A model generated the notes under the pieces. That model did no database searches. It worked only from the letters and a program-made list of their open reading frames with translations, and was not told the DNA's origin. A stretch of 64,000 nucleotides of DNA from the human T2T-CHM13v2.0 reference genome, Homo sapiens: the NCBI RefSeq assembly GCF_009914755.1, contig NC_060927.1, one strand, 5' to 3'. Numbering within the stretch: the first letter of the stretch is position 1; each line of letters starts with the position of its first letter. Of this stretch, positions 14,001 through 27,660 are shown piece after piece. The position numbers and the translations under genes were made by a program.

Positions 14001-15260
14001 ATCTAGAACATCAGCTCCTCTCCGCGTCTGCAGCTGCAAGAACCTAAGAGTAGAACATCAGCTCCTCCCCGAGTCTCCACCTGAAAGACCCTCAATGAGA
14101 ACAACATCAGCTCCTCCCCGAGTCCTCCACTGCATGACCCTAAAACTACAACATCAGCTCCTCGCCGAGTCTTCAGCTACATGACCCTCAATCTAGAACA
14201 TCAGCTCCTCTCCAGGTCTGCAGCTGCAAGAACATAAAAGTAGAACATCATCTCCTCCCTGGGTCTGCAACTGGAAGATCCACTAACTAGAATATCAGCT
14301 CCTGTCCGGGACTCCAGCTCCATGACCCTCAGTCAAGATTATCAGCTCCTCCCTGAGTCTCCACCTGAAAGACCCTCAATGCGAACAACATCAGCTCCTC
14401 CCTGAGTCTTCAGCTGCACGACCCTCAATCTAGAACATCAGCTCCTCCCTGAGTCTTCAGCTGCAACAATCTAAAACTAGAACATGAGCTCCTCCCTGAG
14501 TCTCCAGCTGAAAGACCCTCAACGTGAACATCAGCTCCTCCCCGAGTCCTCAACAGCGCGACCCTCAAACTACAACATCAGCTCCTCCCCGAGTCTTCAG
14601 CTGCATGACCCTCAATCTAGAACATCAGCTCCTCTCCGGGTCTGCAGCTGCAAGAACCTAAAACTAGAACATCAGCTCCTCCCTAGGTCTGCAGCTGGAA
14701 GATCCACTAACTAGAACATCAGCTCCTGTCCGGGTCTCCAGCTCCATGACCCTCATTCAAGATTATCAGCTCCTCCAAGTCTCCAGTGAAAGACCCTCAA
14801 CGCGAACAACATCAGCTCCACCCCGAGTCCTCAACTGCACGACCCTCAAACTACAACATCAGCTCCTCCCCGAGTCTTCAGCTGCATGACCCTCAATCTA
14901 GAACATCAGCTCCTCTCCGGATCTGCAGCTGCAAGACCCTCAAACTAGAACATCAGCTCCTCTCCGGGTCTGCAGCTGCAGGGCCCTGAAGGTAGAGCAT
15001 CAGCTGCTCCCCGAGCTAGAACACCTGTCCCACCTGGATCTCCAGCTCCACGACCCTCACAGAAGAACAGCCACACTGGCTCCTTCATTGTCTTCAGCTC
15101 CACAACCTAAGACATCAGTGGCAGCACCGGCTCCTCCCTGGACGTCCAGCTCAACGACTCTCATAGACTTAAAAGGCAGCACCTGCTCCTCCCCAAGGCT
15201 CCAACTCCACCACCCTCGGATTTGAACAGCGGTAGCACCACCTCCTCTCCAGGTCTTCAG
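8026..15260. repeat. 47-bp minisatellite, roughly 150 units, degenerate at both ends
   Basis: Left consensus CAGCTCCCCACCGGGTCTCCAGCTGCACGGCCCTCAAACTGGAACAT; right consensus CAGCTCCTCCCCGAGTCTTCAGCTGCACGACCCTCAAACTAGAACAT (both 47 nt). Inverted block at ~10268-10659. Confidence 0.97.
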
Positions 15261-15652
15261 CCCCACGTCCCTCCCTGAACAATCCCTTCTTGTGAAATTC
15301 AGCAGTCAAGAAATCTGCAGCGAAAGTAAATGAATAAATGTTTTGTTTTCAAGTCTATGTCTCTTTTATGTTCAGGCAAGTCAGTTAACTATTCTACTTT
15401 CCATTAATCTTGCAATCTACTTATGTCCAATGTGAGATAGAAACACACCATTTGAAAACACGTTTAAAAACTTAGTAATTTTTAAAGTATGATCACACAG
15501 CTGTAGATACGATCTTATTTCTCTCTGCCTGTGCAGAAGTCTTATGAAAATTCAAACTGAATTTACCATGTTGAGATTCCCAGAATACACATTAATCCCA
15601 AATGTTACTCCCCTCCTTAAAATCTTTTAACATATTCCCATCACCCGAGCAT

Positions 15653-15930
15653 AAATGCCAGCTCCCATCCACAGCCCAAAGTGCCCAGCACGGCCCTGCC
15701 CTCTGCCCTCGCCTATGGTCTCCTCTCTGGTGCCCGGCCCGGCCCTCTCCACCCCTCTGCCCTGGCCTATGTTCTCCCCTCTTAAATGCCAGCTCCCATC
15801 CACAGCCCAAAGTGCCCAGCACGGCCCTGCCCTCTGCCCTGGCCTATGGTCTCCCCTCTTAAATGCCAGCACCATCCACAGCCCACAGTGCCCAGCACGG
15901 CCCTGCCCTCTGCCCTGCCCTCTGCTCTGG
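15653..15930. repeat. Three imperfect copies of a C-rich unit
   Basis: AAATGCCAGC(T/A)CC...CACAGCCCA.AGTGCCCAGCACGGCCCTGCCCTCTGCCCT at ~15653, ~15784, ~15860. Confidence 0.85.
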
Positions 15931-16385
15931 CCTAAGGTCTCTCCCCTGTGCCATTCCCTTCCTGACGGACAGGCCTCTGTCCGTTCCTCAAACCACACAG
16001 GCTCAGGCCTGACTCCAGGCCTTTGCACTTCTGTGCCCTCTGCCTAGGGTGCCTTTCCCGGGCTCTGCATCCTCCTCTCAACCCGCTGAGCTCCAGCCTG
16101 CTGGTCGCCCCTCAGGTGGATGAACACACGGTGTCCTCTCGCCCCACCAGCTTTTGCACAGGCTCTTCTCTGTGCCAGACACACACCCTCTCTATCGGGG
16201 TTTACTCTCTAAATACCATTCATCCTTGGAGTCTCCACTGAAATATCGCTCCCTGCCCACCCCCCTCACTTGGACTTAACCTTGGTTAGGTTGCCAACCC
16301 CCGTCTCCTGACTCCGGGAAGCTAGATGCTCTCCTAGCACTCGGAACTTGCCCATCGCCACATTTGCACACCCGTGGTTACTGGG

Positions 16386-16508
16386 TTAGGTTGGGGCACA
16401 AGTCATCGCGGGTTTTGCCATTACTATTCATGAACTGCAGCACCGGCTCCTCCCCGTTTCTTTTGTGTTTTTTTGCCATTACTTTTAATGACTGCTGCAC
16501 CAACCTGT
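16386..16508. mobile_element. Rearranged Made1 (Hsmar1-derived MITE)
   Basis: TTAGGTTGGGGCACAAGTCATCGCGGGTTTTGCCATTACT...TTTGCCATTACTTTTAATG...TGCACCAACCTG resembles the Made1 palindrome. Confidence 0.75.
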
Positions 16509-17206
16509 TAGAATCATTTATATTTATCCATCCATCATCTGCCTTCCCCTCTAGAAAGGAAGCTCCATGAGAATAGAGGCCAAATCTACTCAAATCACTT
16601 CACCTTCCCAGCACATTGTTTGTCAATAATCATTTACAAACTGACTGATAGAGAAATGCCTTCCCTGTTGCTGGGATGAGGCACATGACATGCCCCTTTG
16701 AAAGTCAATTCCATGGACAGTTAGCATTTGCTCTTCACTCCTGCACCCATGGCGTGGCTGGGCTTAGGCTGATCTAGTCTGGCCTTGACTCCAGGCTAAG
16801 GATGGGAACCATGCCTGCTCCACACGCCTCTCATCCCACAGCCAGAGCCGCCGTTCCCTGGGGCATGCACATCTCGTGGGAAAAATCAAGAGCCTTAGAG
16901 GGCAGGCCTGGCAGTGCCCACACATTCCAGGCTTCTGTTTGTGCCGTGTCTGTGAAAATCTCGTTGGCAGAAGCAAGTCACCCAGCCACGAGCAACACCT
17001 ATGGGATGGATAAGTCCATCCACCCTCCCTCAGGCCCTGGCAAGGTTGTGGCTATGTCATACTCTTATGGGGGGAGTGAAAAATTGAGGCCCAACATTAA
17101 ATCACCCAGGCAAGAAATGTCAGCCTCTGTCCCCACGCTGGAATCATTTTTCACCAGCGGGTTTGCCTGAGCTGACTTCCTTTTGCAATGGTGTCTGCAG
17201 GTTTAG

Positions 17207-18104
<898 letters not shown>

Positions 18105-20039
18105 TGAGACAATAGGTTTCTGTTGTTGAAGCCCCAGTCTCTGGAACGCTGTTAAGTAGCCCCAGGAAGCTGGCACAGAACCCGGCCGGCCCTCCTGGGC
18201 GAGCTGCTTTCTGCCAGGCTCTGGGGGTGGCGGGTGGCCTTTCAGTGATCTCCTCCAGCACTTGACCCTGTTCTGACTTGTATTTTGGGAGTGTCTTTTG
18301 TCTTCCTAATGTTGATAGCCTCACACACGTGGCATTGTACTGGCACCCGAGAACCAGCACTCATGTATGTAGCACTTTCAGAAATTAGTTATATTTATGC
18401 ATGGTCATGGTCATACTCATAAATCTAATTGGACTTCTTTTTTAAGAAAGTGAAACAAAGCCTGAATTCTCCATTGTCGTGTCGGCCTCAGTTCCCGGAG
18501 CTGTCCTGTAAGTTCCTTGAAAACAGGTGCACCCAACCTGTACGTGGGACCTCTCAACAGCTGCCTCATAGCCTGGGCCCTGGACAGCTCTGAAGTCAGA
18601 GGAGTGGGGCTTCAGTAGGTTGCGCTGGGGTTAAATCCTGGCCATTACCCACAAGGAAAGACCAATGCAGCAGAACCGTCCCTGAAGCAGCGAAACGTGG
18701 TCAGGAGCCGTCCGTCAGTGAGAGCCATCCCTTTGGAAGTTCTTCACAGGACGATACGTCTTAGAATTTTTAACACATAGTGACGTGCCACGAGGTGGCT
18801 TTCCCGCCTCATTCCTACTGACATACGTTTATATTCAAAGTAGAAACAGAAATCGTCTTCTACATAACAAAGTCCTGAAAATCGTCACAGCTCTTAAGCC
18901 ACGTGGTTCCTCAGCACCACCTGAGCTGACCCGTCCCAGCTCGTGATCACACAGACAAAGACATAACTGTAGAAGCGTCGGTATTTCATATGTATCAAAT
19001 TTCATTTTTAAAAGACATTTTTAGGGGACAGAAATGTTATAGAACAACTTTTAACGTTCCACAAAAGTATAAATAGTAGAAAAGGAAACTAGTGCGTGTG
19101 AACTAGGACTCCATGAAAAGTACCCAGTAGTTGAAGCTCCACGACTCCATGGACAGAAGTTTGCATAAATATTTAAGCGATGTTAGTTCCTGAACATATA
19201 AGCAAGCCGTGGCAGGTCTGTGGCCAGAGCCCTCTGGAGTCCTTGCTGGGAAGGCGCAGCTCAGGGGGCTCCTGTTACTGGTTGAGGAGGGGAGACATGC
19301 CACTCACCTCTCCCAGGGAGCCCCCGGCCACGGACTCTGGCAAGAACAATGGGGCAGAACATAAGGAGCAGTGGCCAGGCAGCAGGTGCACCTGCGTCCC
19401 CTCCCGCATCCCCCCTGCATCCCCTGCCCGCATCGAGGCAGCAGGGTCCACAAGCTCTCAGGGGCCACGTGCAGGACACTCCAGGAAGGACCACACAGCC
19501 TGAGCTGGGGGCCACAGAGAGAGGACTTAAGGGGAAGGGCAGACACCCCACCCCTCCCCACACCCTGCCCCCTGCCCTCTGCCCCCTGCCCCCGGCAATC
19601 ACCTGGGTCTGTGGCAGCAGCTGTGGGGACAATGGCAGAGGGCAGGACCCAGCCCCGTGGGGGAACTTCCTCTCCATGTGGGGCTCCAGCAGGATGGGGC
19701 CAGACCCACTGCTTCTTTCTCCCACGTCTTCCCAGCCCTTGGCCCAGGCCTGCCACAGCCATGGGAGTGCACAGCTCAGCAGGTAACTAAATCCCCGGCT
19801 TTCTAGCTAGAGAATGAAAATGAGGGTTCCCAGGGAGAAAGGACATTTTAGGGAGATTCGGGAGAGGGAGAGTCTTGGTAAGTGGCGTGTGGCCTCCTGG
19901 GCTGCCCTGAGCTGTTCACATGTGGATTTGAGCTCATGGGCAGACCTCAGCCTAGACCCTGGCGGTGCACACACTGGGCACATGCAAACAGCATTGAAGG
20001 CTTTGAGAAAGGAACTGGCTGGGGAAACCCAGACCACAA

Positions 20040-23000
20040 AATGTTAGTTGAAACTTACAGCCTGAATTTAATCGGGTTAATGCTCACTAAAACAAACCAA
20101 TACAAAATCAACATTCTTCATTGGAGTGAAATAAGATGCAGAGTCTCCTAACATAATATTCATGGTGTCCAGAATGCAATTCAACCTTACTAGGATATGA
20201 AGAACCAGGAAAATGGCAACTCACGCAGGAACCAGCCAGCCCATGCCCGTACCAAGATGACTGAGATGTTGTGATCCGCTGGCAAAAAACATGAAAATAG
20301 CTGTGATAAAACCACTGCAGCCCTAGTCACAAACACTCTTGAAACAAATGAGAAAGGAGAAAATCTCAGGAAGGAACTAGAAGATGTAAATATAAACCAA
20401 ATGGACATCTTAGAATGGAGGGGCAATAAGTTCTTTTTGAAAAAAACCTCACTGGATGGGATTATAGAAGACAGTAAAGAAATATCAGAATGGAACAAAG
20501 AGTCTGTGGATTTGAATATAGGTTAATGGAAATTATCCAATCTTAACAACAGAGAAAAACATGAGAAAGGAATGTTTTAAATGAGAATATCTTCTCGTGG
20601 AGACTCAGTGCGCAGACCTAGCTTGTAACTCTCCTGCCACTGGAGGGGCAGGTGAAGGAGACCTACATGAAGATGGATTCACAAATTCCAACTAGCAAAT
20701 ATGGGTTCCAGGCAAAGTGTGAAAAGTTAACTATGTACATTTTATTTCCTAGACAGTGATGCACTGTGTAAAATTAAATCACCCCAAATATAATGATAGA
20801 GATAGAATGAAAATCAAAAGGCAAAAAGTGAAGCAAACACCATGCAAACCCTCATCGAAGACAGTGGGATAAGCCACGTTAGTATCAGGCAAAGTAGGCT
20901 TTGAAGCAAACAAAATCACCAGGGATAAAGAGAAGAAAAAAATAATGACAAAAGGGTCAAGAAAACAACAATCCTAAATGTGAATTCACCAAATGCCAGA
21001 ACTCTAAAATACTTGAAACAAAAATTTAAAAACCCAAAAAGAGAAATAGACGAAGTCCACAGTGAGGTGGTAACACTGCTCTATTAATAAAGATTATACT
21101 AAAAAGATAGAAAGTTCTCAATAATGTAGGTTTCGACTTTTTAAAAGGTAGAAAAAGGAAACCAAAATGAATCAAAACCAAGCAGGAGGAGGGAAATAAT
21201 AAAGGTAAGATCAAAAAACAACAAAATTATTTTAAAATACAATAGAAAAATGAATGACACCAAACCTAATTCTTTGATTAAATTTGAATAAAATTGGTGA
21301 ACTTCTAACAATACCATTGAATAAAAAAGGAAAGGAGGGAGACACAGTTTACCAACATTGAAAAAGAAAAATGGGTCATCATTATAGACACTGCAGACAC
21401 TAAGGGATAAACAGGGAATAATATGACAACTCCATACACATGAACTCAACACTCAGGTAAAATGGACGGATTCTTCAGAAAACACAAACTCACCCCATGT
21501 GAAAGCAATACCCTCAGAGGGTTATTTGTATTCCCAAACCTTTTAACAAAGAAATCTCCAGGCCCATTTTTTTGGCTAAGAAATTCTAATAAATATTTCA
21601 CAAAGAAATGCCATCAGTTCTACATAATGTCTTCAAAAAATAGAAGAGGAGGACTCCCCAAATTATTTAATGAGGGCAAGTCATCAGGATACCAAATGCA
21701 GACAAAGAGCATTCAAATAAAGAAAGCTACAGATCAATACTCTTCATGAATATAGACATAACAGTCCTCATTAAAATGTTACCAAATTAAATCTGGCAAT
21801 AAACAAAAAGAGTAAAGAGTACCATGCTAGAGTCCAAGTGGTGCTATTTACTCCAGGAATACAAGGGTGGTTTGATAGCTTAAAAAGTAAAATCGACTAA
21901 TGCAATACATCATATTAACAGTTTAAAGAATAAAAATGACATGATAATATCAATTGATGCCAAAAGGCAGTTGACAAAGCAATATCAATTTATGATAAAA
22001 ACTCAGCCACAAAGATAAGAGGAGAACTTCTCCAACCTGAACAGGGCATCAGCAGAAGGTCTATGGCTGGCATCACACTCAACAGTGAGGGACTCATGCT
22101 TTCTCAGTGAGATCAGGCAGAAGATAGGAATGCCCAGATTTTCTAATCCTATTGGACATCACACTTAAAATCCCAGTCAGTACAAGGCAAGAAAAAGAAA
22201 TAAAATGCATATTGATTGGAGAGAAAACAGCAGTGTCCTTAGTTGTAGATGACATGATTTTACACACAGAAAATCCCAAGAAACACAAAAACAAAATAAA
22301 TAAATAACTCTCAGAAATAATGAATGAATTTAGCAAAGTAGAATTTATGATCAACAAATCATATTTCTACATTTACATAGAAAGCCAATCATATTTTTCC
22401 ATAATAGCAATGTATAATTGGAGACTCAATTTTTTAAAAAATGCCTTTGTATAACAGGTCCAAACAATGAAACATTTAGGTATGAATCTTTCCAAACATG
22501 TACAGGATCTCCAAGTTACTACAAAAGACCTATGAAGACAATTTTTGCATATATGTATGTATGTATAAATAAATGGAGAAACAACATGTTCATAGATTGA
22601 AAGACCCAACATGGTAAATACATCAGCTCTCCCCAAATTGATCTGTAGTTTAATGCAATTCCAATTAAAATCCCACAAAAATGTTTAAACCGAGCTGATT
22701 CTAAACTTTATATGGAAAGGCAAAAGACAGAGAATATGCAACTTGATACTGAAGAAGAACAAAGTTGGAGAAAACATAAAATTAAAACTACTTTATTTTA
22801 AGACTTACTATAAATCTGCAGTCATCAAGACGGTGGCATTTGCAGAGTAGCAAACGTATAGATCCTTGAAACAGAATACAGTGTCCAGAACACAAACATG
22901 CCAAATATGCAAAAGGAGTCATGGAGGGAAGGAGTCTTTCCAACAAACGGTTATGAATCATGTTGACGGGCATGTGCAAATATCTGCAATCTAAACCTCA

Positions 23001-23200
23001 CATCTTATGAATACTTAACTGAAATTAATCACAGATCTAAAATGAAAACTACAAAAGTGTAAACATTTTAGAAGAAAACATAAGGAGAACTCTTCATGAC
23101 CTATTATTAGGCAAAGAGTTTACTATAATCAGGTTAAAAAATTGATGTACTCCACAAAATGTTTAAAATTAAACTTTGTACTAAACGATATCTCAATTCA
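20040..23200 (+). mobile_element. Ancient L1M, degenerate ORF1/ORF2
   Basis: A-rich with ORF2-like motifs (CCAGGAATACAAGGGTGGTTT, GTAGATGACATGATT, GCAATTCCAATTAAAATCCCA). Confidence 0.75.
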
Positions 23201-24289
23201 ATTGCACCCTGGTAAAAAGCCAAGTCTACCTGGACATCTCAGAATCCTCTGCACCAATGTGGAAGGATGCTGGCTTCCCACACCTGCTGTAGTCAGTTAC
23301 CAGAAACCCAGGGGCTTAAAGCAATCGAAGTTTCTTCTCTCACAGCTCTGGAGGCATGAAGTCCAAAACCAAGGTATGGGCAGGGCCTGCTCCAGTCAAG
23401 GCCTCTCAGGTCTGTGGGGTGTGGCGGGCGGAGGAGGCACCTCTGGGACGGTTGCCACATCAGTCACAGCAGAAGCACCCGTGCTTCCCCCAGCATCTTG
23501 AAGAAAGCTGAGGAGGAGCAGTCAGCAGCTGTGCCCTGTCTGTTTTAGCAGGAGCCTGAATAAAGGCACAGGTGGCTGCAGCTGCGTCCAATGCCACCAA
23601 ATGGGGCCTTTGTGAGCCATGGACATACCGAAGGACCTCAGCATCTTCAAAGCCCTCAGACGTGGCAGAAAACCAGTTGGGAGGAATATTTGCTCCCGCA
23701 CCGACGCGCAAACAGCCTGACGTGTGTGAATACAGAGACCGGGGGGTTCCTTCCGAAGGCTGTTTAAATTCCCATCGTGTTTTCAATGGGCATTCATTTA
23801 GCAGTCTTGGCTTTATGAATTATAAAAATAAATGCTCTGTTTGTTTTTGTCCCTCAAACGCACTCAGTTAACCTGCTCCTGTCCCCAGAAGGCGATTAAC
23901 AAACACTTAAACTGCTGGTCAGCTTGGTCATTACTCCAACCCTGCATGACGATGGAACCATCAACACAACTTACTTTGATATTTTTTCCTCCCCAAGCAC
24001 CAGCTCAGAGGAGGCCAGCAGGCCCGGGCCCCAGGAGCTTCACCTCCTCCTGATGCGATGTGTGACTCTGGGACCCCCTCACACTCCTGGCCCTGCAGCC
24101 CCTTCCCCTGCATGCCCCCTCCTGTGAGAGTCTCAGTGACTGTCCAAGAGCACACCTGGCCTTGTCTCTCCATGACCTTCTCCTGGGCTCAGACCAACAC
24201 AAGGAGAGCCAGGATGGAGAGTTCAGGCCTCAGCTTCCCCTCAGTGTGGCCCCAGGGCCTCGGGTGGTGATTGCCCAAGCCTCCTCAAG

Positions 24290-24585
24290 TGTGGTGGGCG
24301 GGTATTGCTGCTGGTGTTGAGGTGGGGGGGGTGTTGGAGTGGATGGGTGTTGATGGGTGTTGTGGTGGGGGAGTGTTGACTTGAGTGTTGTGGTGGGCAG
24401 GTGTTGTGGTGGGCGGGTGTGGACTCAGGTGTTGTGGTGGGCGGGTGTTGTGGTGGGCGGGTGTGGACTCAGGTATTCTGGTGGGTGGGTGTTGACTTGG
24501 GTGTTGTGGTGGGCGGGTGTTGTGGTGGGCGGGTGTTGTGGTGGGCAGGTGTGCACTCAGGTGTTGTGGTGGGCGGGTATTGCCA
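24290..24585. repeat. G/T-rich minisatellite, GGTGTTGTGGTGGGCG units interspersed with GGTGTGGACTCA
   Basis: Directly visible. Confidence 0.9.
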
Positions 24586-25203
24586 CGGGTTTGTCACCTC
24601 TTCCTGTCCCAGGAAAGTGCTGGTTCCCAAGAGCACTCCCAGGTAATGGGTTGAGGTTTTCCACTATGGGCCCCAGCACCAGTTCTGGGCCCCAGGAAAT
24701 TCTCTGTGGACGCTGTGCTCTTACCCCGTGCATGGACATTGAGCTATTGGTAGGTCTTTACAAACAATCCTGGGTCCACTATTCTGAGAGGAGCTGAACT
24801 CCTGTGTGAGACACCACATCGGAAACACCAGGGCCAAAAGCACAGATGGAGTCTTCCTTTGCTTCCCCAAAGGAAGAATGCACAGGAGCCTGGCACTCCT
24901 GGACCTGAGGAAACCCTGAAATGTTGGCATCTGCAGATCCTCTCCAAAAAGAGGTCACCAGTCTCCTAACTGCAAGTCTGACCCCAGCATTCTGGGAGCC
25001 AAGAGGGAGAAAGAGTCTGTGGATCTCCCTGCTCAGTAAATTGGCTTTCACTAAATCCTCTCTGTGCATAAGCAGCATTACCCAGTGTCCTGGAGCTTAG
25101 AAAAGTCCTGTTTCAATGTCTGAAGAAAATAAATTGTTTCTTTTTCCAAAGTCAGGGAGGAGTATTTGACTGCCAGTGTGGACTGAGGGGTCTTGGGATC
25201 ACA

Positions 25204-25470
25204 CTCTTCCCAATCAGCTTTGAACCGACCCTCTGTGTCTGCCTCACCATCTCCTCTGCTTATCTAGACACTTGGGAACCCTAACACAAGCCCTTCTAGG
25301 AGTCTGTGGTGTGGCTCAGCTGCCTCTGTAGGCATGTCTCTTCCCAATGTGCTTTGAACCGACCTTTCTGTGTCTGCCTCACCATCTCCTCTCCTTACCT
25401 AGACACTTGAGAACCCTAACACAAATCCTTCTAGGAGTCTGTGGTGTGGCTCAGCTGCCTCTGTAGGCAT
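25204..25470. repeat. Tandem duplication, 2 x ~134 bp
   Basis: CTCTTCCCAAT...GCCTCTGTAGGCAT present twice. Confidence 0.9.
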
Positions 25471-25706
25471 CTCTTGGGGTTAAACATTTTCCACTCTGCT
25501 AAGGCAGTGCCATCTATTCTTCTGCTTCATCTTCAGAAGACACTGAGCCCTTCCCCACCCTCCCTTCCCCACCCCCCACACCAAGTCCGTGGCACCCTTG
25601 AGGCCACAGGGTTGCTGCCATAAGATTTTTGTACTGAGTGTTCTCTCTCCAAGCAACTGTGAGAGATTTCTATGGGCAAGGCCTCTGGGTTCCTGTTAAA
25701 TCAAAT

Positions 25707-26250
25707 TGTAGTTGAGTGTTGGGTGCTATTCAAGAAGCATCCACCTTTCTCCTTCCTAACAGAGCCCTGAGTTATTCAGTCACATGGTTTGAAACATGGG
25801 GTGAGTGCTGGTTGACTTAACCTAACCAGCACCGTCTCACCCTGTGTCACAGTTACTGGTTCCAAGGTGGGTGCATAACTGAGGCTCATGCTAGGTGCCA
25901 CACAGCACTCCCTTGGTCCCCCTAATGGACTTGGGGATGGGCAAGGGCCTGCGTTGTTCCAATTAGAGTCAAATACACATTGTGCTAAGAGTGTGCTTGT
26001 TCATGCTCCCTCTTTGATGAAGAATGCAGCCTCAGAAATTGTTCCTGGAGATTTTGCCACACTCAGAATGATTCTGACTTCACTGAAGGCAGAGCAGAAA
26101 ATTGGGAAGAGACTGAGTCCTGGGTAGCATCCATGAGCTTCTGTGCTCAGATTCACCCTGAAGCCTGGCCTGCTTCTGAACTACCCACCTGAGTCAATAA
26201 ATTGCCTTCCCATTAAAGTCAAATTGAGCTGGATTTTTAGTTACTTGCAC
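25707..26250 (+). mobile_element. Old MaLR (MLT1-like) LTR
   Basis: Ends ...TGAGTCAATAAATTGCCTTCCC...GAGCTGGATTTTTAGTTACTTGCA, typical of an MLT1 3' end. Confidence 0.55.
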
Positions 26251-26937
26251 CTGCAGGTGTTCTGTGAAGCTGGTACTGTGAGTTTGTATTTGAGAATATT
26301 TACAGTTTCTCTCATGGTTGAGTCAATCATTTCAAGGATGCTTTGAGGGTAAAAAGAATGATCAATTGTGAAGCAGTGAATTGTGCTGCCAGGCACAATT
26401 CATTGGGCAATAGAAAGCCTCATTTCCTGGGCAGTAGAAAGTTTCATTGTACATTAGTTACATATCTTGTTTCTGTCTCAACCTCCTATTTTTTCATATG
26501 CAAAGGAGGTAAGGAAGTCCACATAAGTCCAGCAGCTAATATGCCTCTCAGGCATGATCCAAAACAGAATTGAATTATGCAAGCCTTGTTAAAATTCATT
26601 GTCGTCATTCATATTTCTGAATATTTAAATTAGAAATTCTGAAAAAGTAGTTTGTTTCAGAGGTAGTTTGTGTGTATGTAGGTATTTTTTCAGGATCAAA
26701 AGTTTATTTTTTATTGTCTGATTGAGTTTAATTTACATATAATAAAATTTAGTAATTTTAAGTGTACAAATGAATGCATTTTGACAAATATATATAGTCA
26801 TGTACACAACACTACCATTGAAATACATTTCATTACCCCGAAAATTCCCTTGCATGCTGCTGTAGTCAGTGCCCCCTCCACCACAGCTCCTGGCAGTTGC
26901 TTTCTTTCACTCTGGTTTTGTCTGAGAATTTGATACA

Positions 26938-27206
26938 GGCCACGTGTGGTGACTCATGGCTGTAATCCTAGCACTAGACTGAGAAGGGAGGATCACTTGA
27001 ACAAGGAGTTTGGGTAACATAGCAAAACCCTGTCTCAAAAAAAAATACACACACACAAAAACTTAGCCAGGTGTGGTGGCACACACCTGTGGTCCCAGCT
27101 ACTCAGGAGGCTGAAGAATCACCTGAGCCTGGGAGGTCAAGGCTGCGGTGATCTGTGATCACATCACTGCACTCCGGACAGAGTGAGATGTTGTCAAAAA
27201 AAAAAA

Positions 27207-27286
<80 letters not shown>

Positions 27287-27289
27287 AAA
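26938..27289 (+). mobile_element. AluJ with (GAAA)n tail
   Basis: Degenerate Alu followed by a GAAA run at ~27209-27289. Confidence 0.85.
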
Positions 27290-27660
27290 GCATTTGATAT
27301 AAATGGAATCATACAGTAAATTATCTTATACCTGGTTTCTTTCATATATTTTAATGCCTTTGAGCTATGTCCATGTGGTTTCCAGTGTGTATGTCATTCT
27401 TCTTACGTTGGGCAGTAACCACTGCAGGAATATATTACAGCTTGTTTATCTATTCTGCAGTGATAGACTATTTTAAAAATATTTGGCTATTAAGAAGAAA
27501 GTTGTTAAGAATACTTATATTCAGGCCTTTGTGTAAACAGATTTTCACTTCTCTTGGTTGAAAACATAGGAGGAATTATTATTTTTTAAGTCATGGATTT
27601 TTAAATGATTGTCAGTTACTTTAAAAAATGTAAATTCTTAAATTAAAAAGTTTAGGATGT

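Noticed and set aside
8026-15260. 47-bp array as a CRISPR-like repeat-spacer system
   Set aside because: Units are contiguous variants with no unique spacers, there are no cas genes, and the context is primate.
19180-19790. Stack of 100-154 aa overlapping ORFs
   Set aside because: GC-rich stop-poor sequence with no recognisable domain or splice structure; only G-quadruplex potential at ~19545-19595.
26376-26403. Short hairpin GTGAATTGTGC-TGCCAG-GCACAATTCAT as an RNA element
   Set aside because: Too short and isolated; lacks IRE or miRNA features.
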